Assembly (NCBI GenBank): GCA_016124315.1
Contig: WGNW01000060.1
Span: 18,615 to 82,614 of the forward strand
Direction of reading: 5' to 3'
DNA: 64,000 nucleotides
DNA from: Alphaproteobacteria bacterium
GTDB taxonomy: Bacteria; Pseudomonadota; Alphaproteobacteria; SMXS01
Under the pieces are notes generated by a model. That model saw nothing but the letters and a program-made list of their open reading frames with translations, was not told the DNA's origin and did no database searches. This document shows, one piece after another, positions 28,010 through 38,028 of this stretch. A program made the translations under genes and the position numbers. Every line of letters starts with the position of its first letter. The first letter of the stretch is position 1.

Positions 28010-28154
28010 CTGTCCCTGGATTGTAGCGGATGGGGACAGTCCGTGATCTAGACTTGGAAGCCCCGATCACCTCCTGTCCTCGTGCCAACAACAAATCTCT
28101 TGGACTCTGGTTCCCGGCGGCGCAGCGAATGGTCTTGCGGAAAACGCCGCCCGG

Positions 28155-29471
28155 CTATTCGCCGGGTCGCAGGACGGCGTGCAGCCATTGCCAGGCCGGA
28201 TACCGGGCCTGAAGCTCGACACCCTCGGTGCGCAGTCGGGAATCCCACAGCGCCAGTTCCTGGGAGGATGACCTTGCGTCGTCGAACTCGGCGGCCGCCT
28301 TCGGATTCTCGAACACGGCGGCGCCGCGCCAGTCCACGGTGTAATGCCCCTGCTCGTGCGACAGCACCTGCAGCATGGTGGACAGGCGTCCGCGCGCCTG
28401 CATCAGCAGGTGGATGCGCGCGGCATAGTGGCTCCGATAGGCCTCCCGCTCCCGCGTGAAGATGGTCTCCAGCCGGTCGCGGACGGGAGCGGGAAGATCG
28501 GCCACCGCGCGCAGCCGGCGCTGGTGGAACGTCTCCAGTGCGTTATCGACCCGCGACAGGGCCGAACCCGCCAGCCCGTCGGATTTGTGCAGCGCCTCTG
28601 CCGTGTCGGCGATCTCCCTGGGCTCCACGACCCTGCCAGGATCGAGCACCGTCAGCAGCGGGATGGGATTGATGGCACGCATTTCGCTGTCGAGCTGGCT
28701 GATGGTCGCGTCCTTGATGTCGGCCAGGCTGCGGGTGATGCGGCCGGCCTCGCCGTCAAGGTGGGCGGCGAAGGCGGGCCGCAGGTCGTCAGGGGTCCGG
28801 GCAAGCGCGTGGGCGACCGGCCGCAGGCTGCGGAGCTGGGTGATGGAATCGAGGTTCGCGACGGCCACCACGGCGGCAAGGGCCAGCGGCACGTATTCCC
28901 AGCGCAGCACGCCCGGCGCCTTGCGGGCCGCCATGAAGCCGATGAGGGCGACGAAAGCGAGCGCAATCGCCAGCTGCGCGCCCAGCGTCCGGAGCACCGC
29001 GGTCGACAGCCCATCGACGTACCATGCGATGCCGAGCACGGTTGCGGCGAGGATCAGGATGGCGATCGGCAGTGCATAGGGTCCGTCCCCATGGCTGCGT
29101 CGCCAATCCTCCCGGACGGCGTCGGAGAGGAGCAGCACCCAGAGCCCGTAGGCGCCCGACGCCAGGAGGGCCACATCCCGCACGAGCAACGTCCAGGCCG
29201 GCCAGCGTCCGGCCGCGGTGGCGTCGATCAGGGGACCGGTCCCCGAAAGAAGCGCGGCGCCGAAGATCAGCACCGCGCCGAAGCGGGCGAGATCGGAGCC
29301 GCGTCCCAGGAACAGGGCGGTGACCGCCAGCAGCGCATAGAACGCGAGTTCGAGCCACCAGCCGGAATGGACGCCGGCGCGCAGCAGGCTCGCGACCAGC
29401 CACAGCGCGCCGAGCCCGCCGAAGGCACCGATCAGCAGCGCCGCATTGCGTGTATGGCGTCGGCCTGACAT
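28155..29471 (-). CDS. Hypothetical multi-pass membrane protein with C-terminal helical domain
   Basis: About 7 hydrophobic segments, then a soluble helical region; ATG after gggag. Confidence 0.65.
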   Translation of the reverse strand: MSGRRHTRNAALLIGAFGGLGALWLVASLLRAGVHSGWWLELAFYALLAVTALFLGRGSDLARFGAVLIFGAALLSGTGPLIDATAAGRWPAWTLLVRDVALLASGAYGLWVLLLSDAVREDWRRSHGDGPYALPIAILILAATVLGIAWYVDGLSTAVLRTLGAQLAIALAFVALIGFMAARKAPGVLRWEYVPLALAAVVAVANLDSITQLRSLRPVAHALARTPDDLRPAFAAHLDGEAGRITRSLADIKDATISQLDSEMRAINPIPLLTVLDPGRVVEPREIADTAEALHKSDGLAGSALSRVDNALETFHQRRLRAVADLPAPVRDRLETIFTREREAYRSHYAARIHLLMQARGRLSTMLQVLSHEQGHYTVDWRGAAVFENPKAAAEFDDARSSSQELALWDSRLRTEGVELQARYPAWQWLHAVLRPGE

Positions 29472-29655
29472 GGGACTCCCGTATGCTTGTCCAGAAGAGG
29501 AGGTGGCGCGGCAGGATAGTGGAGGCGGGCGGGGATCGCCACGGCGGAGGCGGCGGCGGGCCATTCTCCGGCCGCACCGTTGCAGCCGGGTCACGCCCGG
29601 CGTGGCGGGCCGTCGGAAATCGGGTAGTCTCGTGCGGCAAACGGGGAGATGCGGC

Positions 29656-30573
29656 ATGACGGGACGGGCAGGAAACGACGACGGCGCGGACACCTTGGCG
29701 AGGGTCGGAACCCTGGCGACCAGTCCCGACGCCTACGGTGTGTGGGTGGCGGAGGGCGAGGGCGACATCCCTTGGCCGCGGTTCCTCGACACGGCCGCCT
29801 CGGGCGGCTACTCGATGATCGAGATGGGGCCGCTGGGCTACCTGCCGAGCGATCCGGCAAGACTGAGGGACGAACTGGCGAAGCGGTCCCTGGGCCTGAC
29901 CGGCGGCTATGTGACGGGCCTGCTGCACGACCGCGACGGCCGCGCCGAGGCGCTGGAGGAGCTGCGCCAGGTGGCCGCGCTCAGCGCCGCGGCGGGCGCC
30001 CGCTTCCTGGTGCTGCTGGCGCGCACGACGCGGGGTCCGCAGGGCCGCATCGCCCTGGCGCCGCCCGAGTGGCGCGCCATGGTGGACGGCGTGAAGGAAG
30101 CGGACAGGATCGCGCGGGAGGAGTTCGGCCTGACCACCGTCTATCATCCTCACATCGGCCTCGCGGTGGAGACCCGGGCGGAAACCGAGCGGCTCGTCGC
30201 CGACACGGGCGGCGAAATCGCCCTGTGCCTGGACGTGGGCCACTTCGTCTATCCGGGCGACGGTCCCGTCGGGTTTCTCCGGCGTCACGCTGAGGTCATC
30301 CAATACCTTCACCTGCGGGACGTGGACCGGGCGGTGCGCGATGACGCCGTCGCCACCAACAAGGATTTCTGGGGCGCGGTGTTCGCCGGTCTGTTCTGCG
30401 AGCCGGGGGAGGGCATCCTGGATTTCGCCGGCCTCGTCGACGTGCTGCGCGAGACCGGGTTCGGCGGGCCTGCGGTGGTGGAGCGCTCGCTCCATGCGCA
30501 GCCCCACGAGGTTTCGGCCGCTACCGCGGCACGGGCGTACCGGTTCTTTCGCGGCATCGGTTTCGGCGGCTAG
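29656..30573 (+). CDS. Sugar phosphate isomerase/epimerase TIM barrel (IolE-like)
   Basis: EMGPLGYLP.D, YHPHIG..VET, LCLDVGH, YLHLRD, CEPGEG.LDF. Confidence 0.82.
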   Translation: MTGRAGNDDGADTLARVGTLATSPDAYGVWVAEGEGDIPWPRFLDTAASGGYSMIEMGPLGYLPSDPARLRDELAKRSLGLTGGYVTGLLHDRDGRAEALEELRQVAALSAAAGARFLVLLARTTRGPQGRIALAPPEWRAMVDGVKEADRIAREEFGLTTVYHPHIGLAVETRAETERLVADTGGEIALCLDVGHFVYPGDGPVGFLRRHAEVIQYLHLRDVDRAVRDDAVATNKDFWGAVFAGLFCEPGEGILDFAGLVDVLRETGFGGPAVVERSLHAQPHEVSAATAARAYRFFRGIGFGG

Positions 30574-30753
30574 CTCGGCTTCGGCGACTGCTCCGGGTTA
30601 CCGAAAGGGAAACCGGGGTCACCCGATCCCAGTCCGCCGTGTCCGCGGCCGGTCGAGGGCATGGACAAGCGGACGTTCGTTCCGCAGGGTGCGACGACCG
30701 GCCCGGCGGGTCGCCGGCCTGCCGGCCCCGCCGTCAATTCAGGAGGATGAGAC

Positions 30754-31749
30754 ATGGGAACGTTCAAGGCGCTGCTCTCGGAGATGGGCGAGGACAAGAA
30801 GGCCGTCAGCACGGTGGTCGAGCTGGACGAGAGCCGGCTGCCGGCGGGCGATGTGACGGTGGACGTGGAATACACCACCCTCAACTACAAGGACGGCATG
30901 ATCCTGAAGAACGGCGGCGGGCTGGTGAAGAGCTGGCCGCATGTCGGCGGCATCGACCTGGCGGGCGTGGTGTCGGCGTCGGACAATCCGGGCTTCGCCG
31001 CGGGCGACCGGGTGGTGCTGAACGGCTACCGGGTCGGCGAGCTGCACTGGGGCGGCTACGCGAGCAAGGCGCGGGTGAAAGGCGAGTGGCTGGTCAAGCT
31101 GCCCGACGGCATTTCCACGCGCCACGCGGCGGCCATCGGCACCGCCGGCTACACCGCCATGCTGTGCGTGCTGGCGCTTGAGCGGCACGGGGTGGCGCCG
31201 GAGCAGGGCGAGGTGCTGGTGACGGGCGCCGCCGGCGGCGTCGGCAGCGTGGCTGTGGCCATCCTGTCCAAGCTGGGCTACGCGGTGGCGGCGTCGACCG
31301 GCCGCACCGAGGAGTCCGACTATCTGAAGCACCTCGGCGCCGCGAGCATCATTTCCCGCGCCGAGCTTTCGGACGCGCCGGACCGGCCGCTGCTGCCGGA
31401 GCGCTTCGCCGGCATCGTCGACACTGTCGCCGGCACGATCCTGGCGCGGGCGCTCTCAATGCTGAAATACGGCGGCGCTGCCGCCGTGTGCGGCCTGGCG
31501 GGCGGCGTGACCATGCCGGCGAGCATCCTGCCGTTCCTGCTGCGGGGCATCTGCGTCTACGGCATCGATTCCGTGATGCTGCCGATGGCGCCGCGCCTGG
31601 AGGCGTGGAAGCGCCTCGCCACCGACCTGCCGCTCGCCAAACTGGACGAGATGATCGTCGAGGCGACGCTGGGCGACCTGCCCGAGCTGGGCCAGAAGAT
31701 CCTGAAGGGCGGCGTGCGCGGCCGCGTGGTGGTCGACCTGGCGGCGTAA
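30754..31749 (+). CDS. acuI: AcuI/YhdH-family MDR oxidoreductase (acrylyl-CoA reductase-like)
   Basis: LNYKDG, GIDLAG, HWGGY, IGTAGYTAMLCV, TGAAGGVGS, LPFLLRG..YGIDSV. Confidence 0.88.
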   Translation: MGTFKALLSEMGEDKKAVSTVVELDESRLPAGDVTVDVEYTTLNYKDGMILKNGGGLVKSWPHVGGIDLAGVVSASDNPGFAAGDRVVLNGYRVGELHWGGYASKARVKGEWLVKLPDGISTRHAAAIGTAGYTAMLCVLALERHGVAPEQGEVLVTGAAGGVGSVAVAILSKLGYAVAASTGRTEESDYLKHLGAASIISRAELSDAPDRPLLPERFAGIVDTVAGTILARALSMLKYGGAAAVCGLAGGVTMPASILPFLLRGICVYGIDSVMLPMAPRLEAWKRLATDLPLAKLDEMIVEATLGDLPELGQKILKGGVRGRVVVDLAA

Positions 31750-31880
31750 CCAAGCGGCAGCGGGGCTTTCCCGGCCGGCCTCCGACCGCCCGGCTGGGGG
31801 ACGGCCTGTCATCCTTGCCGGGTGGAACCGGACAGCCGCTGCGATATCATGCCCGGTGAATCGCTGGGGAGATCGTTCAC

Positions 31881-33140
31881 ATGAGCACGCAGACGACCGA
31901 CGCGCCGGCCATGCCCTTCAACCTGATGGACCGTGAGGTGCAGCAATGCCCGTACCAGGCCTATCACTGGCTGCTGGAGCACGCGCCGGTCTACCGGGAC
32001 CCGAACACGGGCATGGTGATCGTCACCGGCTATGACCTGCTGCGGGAGATCGTGAAGGACCCGAAGACCTATTCCAGCGACCTGGACTGGATCGCGCTGA
32101 GGCCGGGCGGGGTGCCGGAGAAGAGCGAGGCGTTGATGCGGGAGAAGGGGTTCGACGTCTACCCCACCCTGTCGCGGATGGACGACCCGATCCACAAGTC
32201 GAAGCGGTCGCTGGTGGACAGGGTGTTCGCCTCGTCGCGCATCCGCAAGATGACGCCGGACATCGACGCCATCGCCCACGAGCTGATCGACGGCTTCGTC
32301 GACGCCGGCGAATGCGAGTTCATGCGCGCCTTCGCCTTCCCGCTGCCCTGCATCGTCATCGCCGGGCAGATCGGCGTGCCGCGGGAGGACATCCACCTGT
32401 TCAAGGAATGGTCCGACGCCTCCATGTCGCGCATCTCCAACATGCTCAGCGACGAGCAGGACTATGCGGCCACCCAGCTGCTGGTCGACTCCCAGCACTA
32501 TCTGAAGTCGATCATCGACCGGCGGCGGGCCGACCCCAGGGACGACATCATCTCCGGGCTGATCCTGACGCCGCTGCCCGAGGGCCGGCTGCTGGACGAC
32601 GCCGAGATCATCGCCATGCTCTCCGAGATCCTGGTGGGCGGCAATGAGACCACCACCAGCGCCATCGGCGCAGGCATGAAGCTGATGCTGGACCGGCCCG
32701 AGGTGGTCGACCGGCTGCGGGCGGAGCCGGGGCTGATGAAGAACTTCGTCGAGGAGGTGCTGCGGCTGGAGACGCCGATCCAGGGCCTCTACCGGGTGAC
32801 CACCAGGGACGTCACCCTGGGCGGGGTCGGGCTGCCCAAGGGGACGCCCATCAACATGCGCTGGGCGGCCGGCAACCGGGACGAGGCGGTGTTCCCGGAG
32901 GCGGACGAGCTGGACCTGGAGCGGCGCAACGCCGGCTCCCACGTCACCTTCGGCTCGGGCATCCACCACTGCCTGGGGGCGACGCTGGCCCGGGTGGAAA
33001 TGGCTTCGTCGTTCACCGCCATCATCGAGCGAATGCAGGACTTCCGCTACGCCGAGGGCTTCGAGGACGTCACCTACCTGCCCAGCCTGCTCCAGCGGAC
33101 CATCATCGAGCTGCCGATGACGTTCGCCAGGCGGAGCTAG
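31881..33140 (+). CDS. Cytochrome P450
   Basis: GGNETTT I-helix, EEVLR (ExxR), FGSGIHHCLG heme motif. Confidence 0.96.
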   Translation: MSTQTTDAPAMPFNLMDREVQQCPYQAYHWLLEHAPVYRDPNTGMVIVTGYDLLREIVKDPKTYSSDLDWIALRPGGVPEKSEALMREKGFDVYPTLSRMDDPIHKSKRSLVDRVFASSRIRKMTPDIDAIAHELIDGFVDAGECEFMRAFAFPLPCIVIAGQIGVPREDIHLFKEWSDASMSRISNMLSDEQDYAATQLLVDSQHYLKSIIDRRRADPRDDIISGLILTPLPEGRLLDDAEIIAMLSEILVGGNETTTSAIGAGMKLMLDRPEVVDRLRAEPGLMKNFVEEVLRLETPIQGLYRVTTRDVTLGGVGLPKGTPINMRWAAGNRDEAVFPEADELDLERRNAGSHVTFGSGIHHCLGATLARVEMASSFTAIIERMQDFRYAEGFEDVTYLPSLLQRTIIELPMTFARRS

Positions 33141-33152
33141 TCCCCCCTCACA

Positions 33153-33181
33153 TTGACATTCCGCACCCCAACCCCGATGAT
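33153..33181 (+). promoter_or_regulatory. Putative sigma70 promoter for Rieske gene 1
   Basis: TTGACA-N17-GATGAT. Confidence 0.45.
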
Positions 33182-33227
33182 CCGTCGTTCGCGGGAATGC
33201 TGAACGGATTTATTCAGGAGACGGGAC

Positions 33228-34445
33228 ATGGTTGATCGCGAGTGCCTTATCGAGATGGCGAAGGATGCCCTGGCGCATGGCAAGGCCGGGACCATCAGCC
33301 AGGCGCCCGAGGTGATGAAGATCAAGGCGGACGTCTATACGGACGACGCCCGGTTCGAGCAGGAGAAGAAGCTGATCTTCCGGCGCATGCCGCTGATGCT
33401 TGCGCCCTCGGCCGAGCTGCCCAACCCGGGCGACTACAAGGCGATGGACGCGGTCGGCGTGCCGGTGCTGCTGACCCGCGGCAAGGACGGCAAGGTCCGA
33501 GCCTTCCTGAACTCGTGCACCCACCGGGGCACGGCGATCGCGCAGGGCTGCGGCAATACCTCGCGCTTCGTCTGCGGCTATCACGGCTGGACCTTCAACC
33601 GGGAGGGCGAGCTGATCGGCGTCGCCTCCCGCGAGGACTTCGGCGAGGTGAACACCGACGAGCTGGGCCTGAAGCCGTTCCCGGTGCTGGAGAAGGCCGG
33701 GCTGATCTGGGCGATCCTCGATCCCGACTCCACGCTCGACATCAACACCTTCCTGTCGGGCTACGACAAGCTGCTGGAGGGCTTCGGCTTCGAGAACTGG
33801 ACGTTCTTCGAGAGCCGCACCCTGGTCGGCCCGAACTGGAAGATCGCCTATGACGGCTATCTGGACTTCTACCACCTGCCGGTGCTGCACGCCGACACCT
33901 TCGGCCGCAACATTCCCAACAAGGCGCTGTTCTATTCCTTCGGTCCGCACACGCGGGTGAACGCGCCCTCGACCGTGCTGCCGCTGCCGGATGGCCTTAA
34001 CCTCACCGAACTGGAGGAGAAGGACAGCAGCGAGTGGCCGACCGAGGCGCTGATGAACGGCGTATGGACCATCTTCCCGCACATCTCCATCGCCACCTTC
34101 TACGGCGGCGCGCGCGGCGTGATGATCTCGCAGCTCTTCCCGGGCGACAAGGTGGGCGAGAGCTTCACCACCCAGATGTACCTGTCCGAGCGCAAGCCGA
34201 CCGAGGAAGAGGCGCGGGGCCTGCGCGAGCAGTTCAAGCTGCTGGAATACGTGGTGCAGCACGAGGACTACGGCACCGGCCTGCGTCAGCAGCGGGCGCT
34301 CGACGCCGGCATGACCGAGAACGTCTATTTCGGCCGCAACGAGGGCGGCGGGCAGGTGTTCCACGGCTGGGTCCAGAAGATCCTGGACACGGCCAACGAC
34401 GATCTGAACAGCCTGTTCACGCCGGTCCAGCAGGCCGCCGAGTAA
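33228..34445 (+). CDS. Rieske non-heme iron oxygenase alpha subunit (1)
   Basis: CTHRG...CGYHGW; NWKIAYDGYLDFYHLPVLH. Confidence 0.94.
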   Translation: MVDRECLIEMAKDALAHGKAGTISQAPEVMKIKADVYTDDARFEQEKKLIFRRMPLMLAPSAELPNPGDYKAMDAVGVPVLLTRGKDGKVRAFLNSCTHRGTAIAQGCGNTSRFVCGYHGWTFNREGELIGVASREDFGEVNTDELGLKPFPVLEKAGLIWAILDPDSTLDINTFLSGYDKLLEGFGFENWTFFESRTLVGPNWKIAYDGYLDFYHLPVLHADTFGRNIPNKALFYSFGPHTRVNAPSTVLPLPDGLNLTELEEKDSSEWPTEALMNGVWTIFPHISIATFYGGARGVMISQLFPGDKVGESFTTQMYLSERKPTEEEARGLREQFKLLEYVVQHEDYGTGLRQQRALDAGMTENVYFGRNEGGGQVFHGWVQKILDTANDDLNSLFTPVQQAAE

Positions 34446-34464
34446 CAGTCCATCCTGGTTCGAG

Positions 34465-34497
34465 GGGCCGTCCGCGGGATGCCGCGGACGGCCCTTT
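34465..34497. terminator. Intrinsic terminator-like hairpin between convergent genes
   Basis: GGGCCGTCCGCGG-gatg-CCGCGGACGGCCC followed by TTT. Confidence 0.7.
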
Positions 34498-34507
34498 CCG
34501 TTCCGGC

Positions 34508-35119
34508 CTACCGCATCGCGGCGACGCCGTCGGCGACGAACTGGACGGCCAGGGCGGCGAGGATCACGCCCAGCAGGCGGGCCAGCACCACCTGTCCCGT
34601 GCGGCCGATGAACCGTTCTACCCGCGACGCGACGAGGAAGACGGCGAGGCAGCAGGCGGTCACCGCGGCGATCACCGCCAGCAGCGCGCCCAGCGCCAGC
34701 GGATGCCAGGCGGCCTTGGCCGCGAGCAGGATAGTGGCGGTGATGGCGCCCGGTCCGGCGATCAGCGGCACGGCGAGGGGCACGGCGGCGACGGTCAGGT
34801 CTCCCTCCGCCTGACGGGCGCTGCTGCCCGCCCGCCGGTCGGAGCGGCGCTCGAACACCATCTCGAAGGCGATGGCGAAGAGCAGCAGCCCACCCGCGAT
34901 GCGGAAGGCCGGCAGGCCAATGCCGAGCTGGCGCAGGATCCAGTCGCCGGCCAGAGCCGCGCCGGCGAGGACCAGGAAGGCGATCGACGCCGCCTGGACG
35001 GCGATCCGGCGGCGCGTCGACCTCTCCATGTCCAGCGTCAGGGACAGGAAGATGGGCGTCAGGCCGAAGGGGTCGACGATCACGAACAGGGTGGTGAAGG
35101 CGGCGACGAGCTGCTCCAT
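34508..35119 (-). CDS. marC: MarC family membrane protein
   Basis: LFVIVDPFG..P.F, AFRIAGGLLLF, PLAVPLIAGPGAI. Confidence 0.92.
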   Translation of the reverse strand: MEQLVAAFTTLFVIVDPFGLTPIFLSLTLDMERSTRRRIAVQAASIAFLVLAGAALAGDWILRQLGIGLPAFRIAGGLLLFAIAFEMVFERRSDRRAGSSARQAEGDLTVAAVPLAVPLIAGPGAITATILLAAKAAWHPLALGALLAVIAAVTACCLAVFLVASRVERFIGRTGQVVLARLLGVILAALAVQFVADGVAAMR

Positions 35120-35344
35120 GGGGGGCAGTCTAGCGCCGGCCGGGCCAGGTCGGGAGGGAAGACAGGCCCCAAAGAAATATCCCGGCCACGCGGATGGACT
35201 CAGGCTTGGGGGCTAAGATGTCCATGCGCGGGCCGGGATTGCGAGGCCAACGGAGGGACTGTCGAGCCGGAATGAGGCAGGAATGCGGCGCAGTCGGGAA
35301 ATTTCGGAGGCGTAGCAACCCCCCTTTTTCCATCGGTCTGGCAG

Positions 35345-35369
35345 GGAACAACCGTCGGTATAGGGAGTT
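35345..35369 (+). promoter_or_regulatory. EcfG-type promoter for the flavodoxin gene
   Basis: GGAAC-N16-AGTT, 33 nt before ATG 35403. Confidence 0.65.
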
Positions 35370-35402
35370 GCACCGGCGCCGCAACCACAACTGGAACCTT
35401 CC

Positions 35403-36014
35403 ATGTCTCTCACCCTCCTGGCCGTCAACTGCACCCTGAAATCCTCCGGCGCCGGCGAGAAGTCCTCGACCGACGTCATGCTGAGGCAATTGCTCGAGGG
35501 CTTTGCGCCCTACGGCGTCGAAGGCGAGATCGTCCGCGCGGCGGATCACGACATCAAGCCGGGGGTGACGGCCGACGAGGGCGAGGGGGACGCCTGGCCT
35601 GTCATCCGCAAGAAGCTTCTCGCCGCCGACATCCTGCTGCTGGGCACGCCGATCTGGCTGGGCCAGCCGTCGAGCATCTGCAAGCGGGTGCTGGAGCGCA
35701 TGGACGCGTTCCTGGGAGAGACCGACGACGCGGGGCGCATGCCGACCTACGGCAAGGTGGCCTGCGTGGCGGTGGTCGGCAACGAGGACGGTGCACATCA
35801 TGTCTCGGCGGAACTCTACCAGGCGCTGAACGACGTGGGCTTCACCATCCCGGCCAATGCGGTCTCGTACTGGGTGGGCGAGGCCATGCAGGGAAAGGAC
35901 TACAAGGAACTGGAACGGACGCCCGAGGCGGTGGAAAAGGCCGTGGGCATGCTGTGCCGCAACGCGGCGCACCTTGCGGCCCTGCTCGGGCGCAACGCCT
36001 ATCCGGACAGATAG
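35403..36014 (+). CDS. Flavodoxin-like NAD(P)H-dependent FMN oxidoreductase
   Basis: NCTLKSS, GTPIWLGQPSS, VVGNEDGAHH. Confidence 0.88.
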   Translation: MSLTLLAVNCTLKSSGAGEKSSTDVMLRQLLEGFAPYGVEGEIVRAADHDIKPGVTADEGEGDAWPVIRKKLLAADILLLGTPIWLGQPSSICKRVLERMDAFLGETDDAGRMPTYGKVACVAVVGNEDGAHHVSAELYQALNDVGFTIPANAVSYWVGEAMQGKDYKELERTPEAVEKAVGMLCRNAAHLAALLGRNAYPDR

Positions 36015-36074
36015 GTCGGCCGGTACCGCTCGGCCTCCCAGAAGGGCATTGCGTCGGTTTAATAGACGGGATAT

Positions 36075-36094
36075 ATAGCTGCCCAGGCAGTTAT
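36075..36094. promoter_or_regulatory. Probable MarR operator
   Basis: ATAGCTGCC-CA-GGCAGTTAT inverted repeat (1 mismatch) just upstream of marR. Confidence 0.65.
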
Positions 36095-36108
36095 TGTTGA
36101 GGCAGGGA

Positions 36109-36588
36109 ATGCCGCGCCGTCACTTTACCGCGGAGAGCTACAGCGCCCGCAATTCCGTGGGTTACCTGCTGCGGCGGTCGCTCAACCTCATCCTTCCCCG
36201 CTACGAGGCGCTGTTCGCCGACCACGGCTTCACCTTCGTGCAGTGGGCGGTGCTGATGTACCTGCGCGAGGGTCTTGCGCAGACCGCCTCCGACATCTGC
36301 AGGGATTTCAACTACGACAGCGGCGCGCTGACCCGCGTGGTCGACCAGCTGGAGCAGCGCGGGCTGATCGAAAGGTCGCGCAGCACGTCGGACCGCCGCC
36401 TGGTGGAACTGGCGCTGACCGACGAGGGCCGCGCGGCGACCGAGGCGACCATCCCGCTGGTCGTCGACTTCTTCAACCTGGTGTTCGAGGACTTCAGCGA
36501 AGCCGAAGTGGCCACGTTGATCGAACTGCTCCACCGCACCATCGAACGACTGCAGCAGCTTCCGTCTCCGCCGGAGGCTGACCGATGA
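36109..36588 (+). CDS. MarR family regulator
   Basis: DSGALTRVVDQLEQRGLIER.RS..DRR...L.LT.EG. Confidence 0.92.
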   Translation: MPRRHFTAESYSARNSVGYLLRRSLNLILPRYEALFADHGFTFVQWAVLMYLREGLAQTASDICRDFNYDSGALTRVVDQLEQRGLIERSRSTSDRRLVELALTDEGRAATEATIPLVVDFFNLVFEDFSEAEVATLIELLHRTIERLQQLPSPPEADR

Positions 36589-38024
36589 GCGCGAAGCTGA
36601 TTGCAGCATCGGCGGCGCTGCTCGTGCTGTGCGGCTGCGTGGGCGCGGGAAGCGAACCGACCGGCAAGATGCTGGACTCCGCCGACCTGGGCCTCGGCGA
36701 CACGGCGGCGACGGTGCAGCCGTCGTGGTGGACGGCGCTGGGCGACCCGCAGTTCGACGCCCTGGTGACCCGGGCGCTGGCGGACAACCCGCGGCTGGAG
36801 GAAGCGATGGCCCGGGTGCGCGCCGCCCAGGCGGCGGCCGACGCCGCGCGCGGCGACAGCCTGCCCAAGGTCACCATCGACGGCGAGGAGCAGTGGCAGC
36901 GGTTCAGCGAGCGCTTCATCTATCCGCCGCCCTACGGGGGCGGCCACTACTGGCTCGGCTCGGTGCAGGGCAACCTGTCGTGGGACCTGGATTTCTGGGG
37001 GCGCCAGAAGGCGCTGATCGGCGAGGCCCGCGCCGGCGCGGAAGCGGCCCGGCTTGACGTGGAAGCGGCGCGCCTGGCGATCACGGCGGCGCTGGCGGAG
37101 GCCTACGTGTCCCTGGACCGGGCCTATGCGCTGCTCGACGTCGCCGACCGCACCGTCGACCAGCGGACGCGCCTGGTGGACCTAGTGGGCCGCCGGGTGA
37201 AGGCGGGGCTGGACAGCCGTGTCGAGCAGCGGCAGGCGGAAGGCCTGCTGGCCGAGGGCCGGGTGGCGCGGCTGCAGGCTATCGCCGAGCGGGACATGGC
37301 GGTGCACGCCATCGCCGCGCTGACCGGCCAGGGTGCCGCGGCCTATGACACCATCAAGCGGCCGACCCTGGACGCCGGCGCCGTGCTGCCGCTGCCGGAC
37401 GCGCTGCCGGCCGACCTGCTGGCGCGCCGGCCGGACGTGCTGGCTGCCCGGGCACGGGTCGAGGCGCGGCTGTCCGGGCGCAAGGCCGCCGTGGCGGCGT
37501 TCTATCCCAACGTCAACCTGCTGGGCTTCGCCGGTTTCCAGGCGATCGGGCTGTCCCATCTGCTGAGTTCGGGGGCGGGCATCTACGGCGCCGGGCCGGC
37601 GATCCACCTGCCGCTGTTCGACGCCCGACTCAAGCCGAACCTGCGGGCGGCCACCGCGGACGTCGATGCCGCCGTCGCCGGCTACAACGGCGTCGTGCTC
37701 GGTGCCGTGCAGCAGGTGGCCGACCGGCTGTCCGCCATCCAGTCGCTCGAGCATCAGATCAAGGAACAGACTCGGGCGCGGGACGCGGCCGAGGAGGCCT
37801 ACGGCCTGTCCGACCGCCGCTACAGCAAGGGTTTGTCCAACTACGTGGCGGTGCTGAGCGTCGAGGAGCAGCTCCTCGGGGCCCGCCGCCAGCTCGCCGT
37901 GCTGAAGGCCCAGTACGCCATCGAGCGGATCAAGCTGCTGCTCGCCGTGGGCGGCGGCTTCCAGCCCGAGCCGCAGCCAACGACCACCGTCGCCGCGCCC
38001 GCCGGGCCGGCCCTCAAGGAGTGA
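36585..38024 (+). CDS. Outer membrane efflux lipoprotein (TolC/NodT family)
   Basis: Lipobox LCGC; WW..LGDPQ, WDLDFWG, LLARRPDV, AFYPNVNL. Confidence 0.92.
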   Translation: MSAKLIAASAALLVLCGCVGAGSEPTGKMLDSADLGLGDTAATVQPSWWTALGDPQFDALVTRALADNPRLEEAMARVRAAQAAADAARGDSLPKVTIDGEEQWQRFSERFIYPPPYGGGHYWLGSVQGNLSWDLDFWGRQKALIGEARAGAEAARLDVEAARLAITAALAEAYVSLDRAYALLDVADRTVDQRTRLVDLVGRRVKAGLDSRVEQRQAEGLLAEGRVARLQAIAERDMAVHAIAALTGQGAAAYDTIKRPTLDAGAVLPLPDALPADLLARRPDVLAARARVEARLSGRKAAVAAFYPNVNLLGFAGFQAIGLSHLLSSGAGIYGAGPAIHLPLFDARLKPNLRAATADVDAAVAGYNGVVLGAVQQVADRLSAIQSLEHQIKEQTRARDAAEEAYGLSDRRYSKGLSNYVAVLSVEEQLLGARRQLAVLKAQYAIERIKLLLAVGGGFQPEPQPTTTVAAPAGPALKE

Positions 38025-38028
38025 CCCG

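Noticed and set aside
30590-30690. GAAA-tetraloop hairpin and a second stem upstream of acuI as a riboswitch
   Set aside because: I could not fit any riboswitch consensus, and GC-rich stems arise easily here. An Infernal/Rfam scan would decide.
34428-34445. Shared C-terminal QAAE of Rieske genes 1 and 3 as a dedicated signal
   Set aside because: AAE endings are common in alphaproteobacterial proteins; two cases are not enough.
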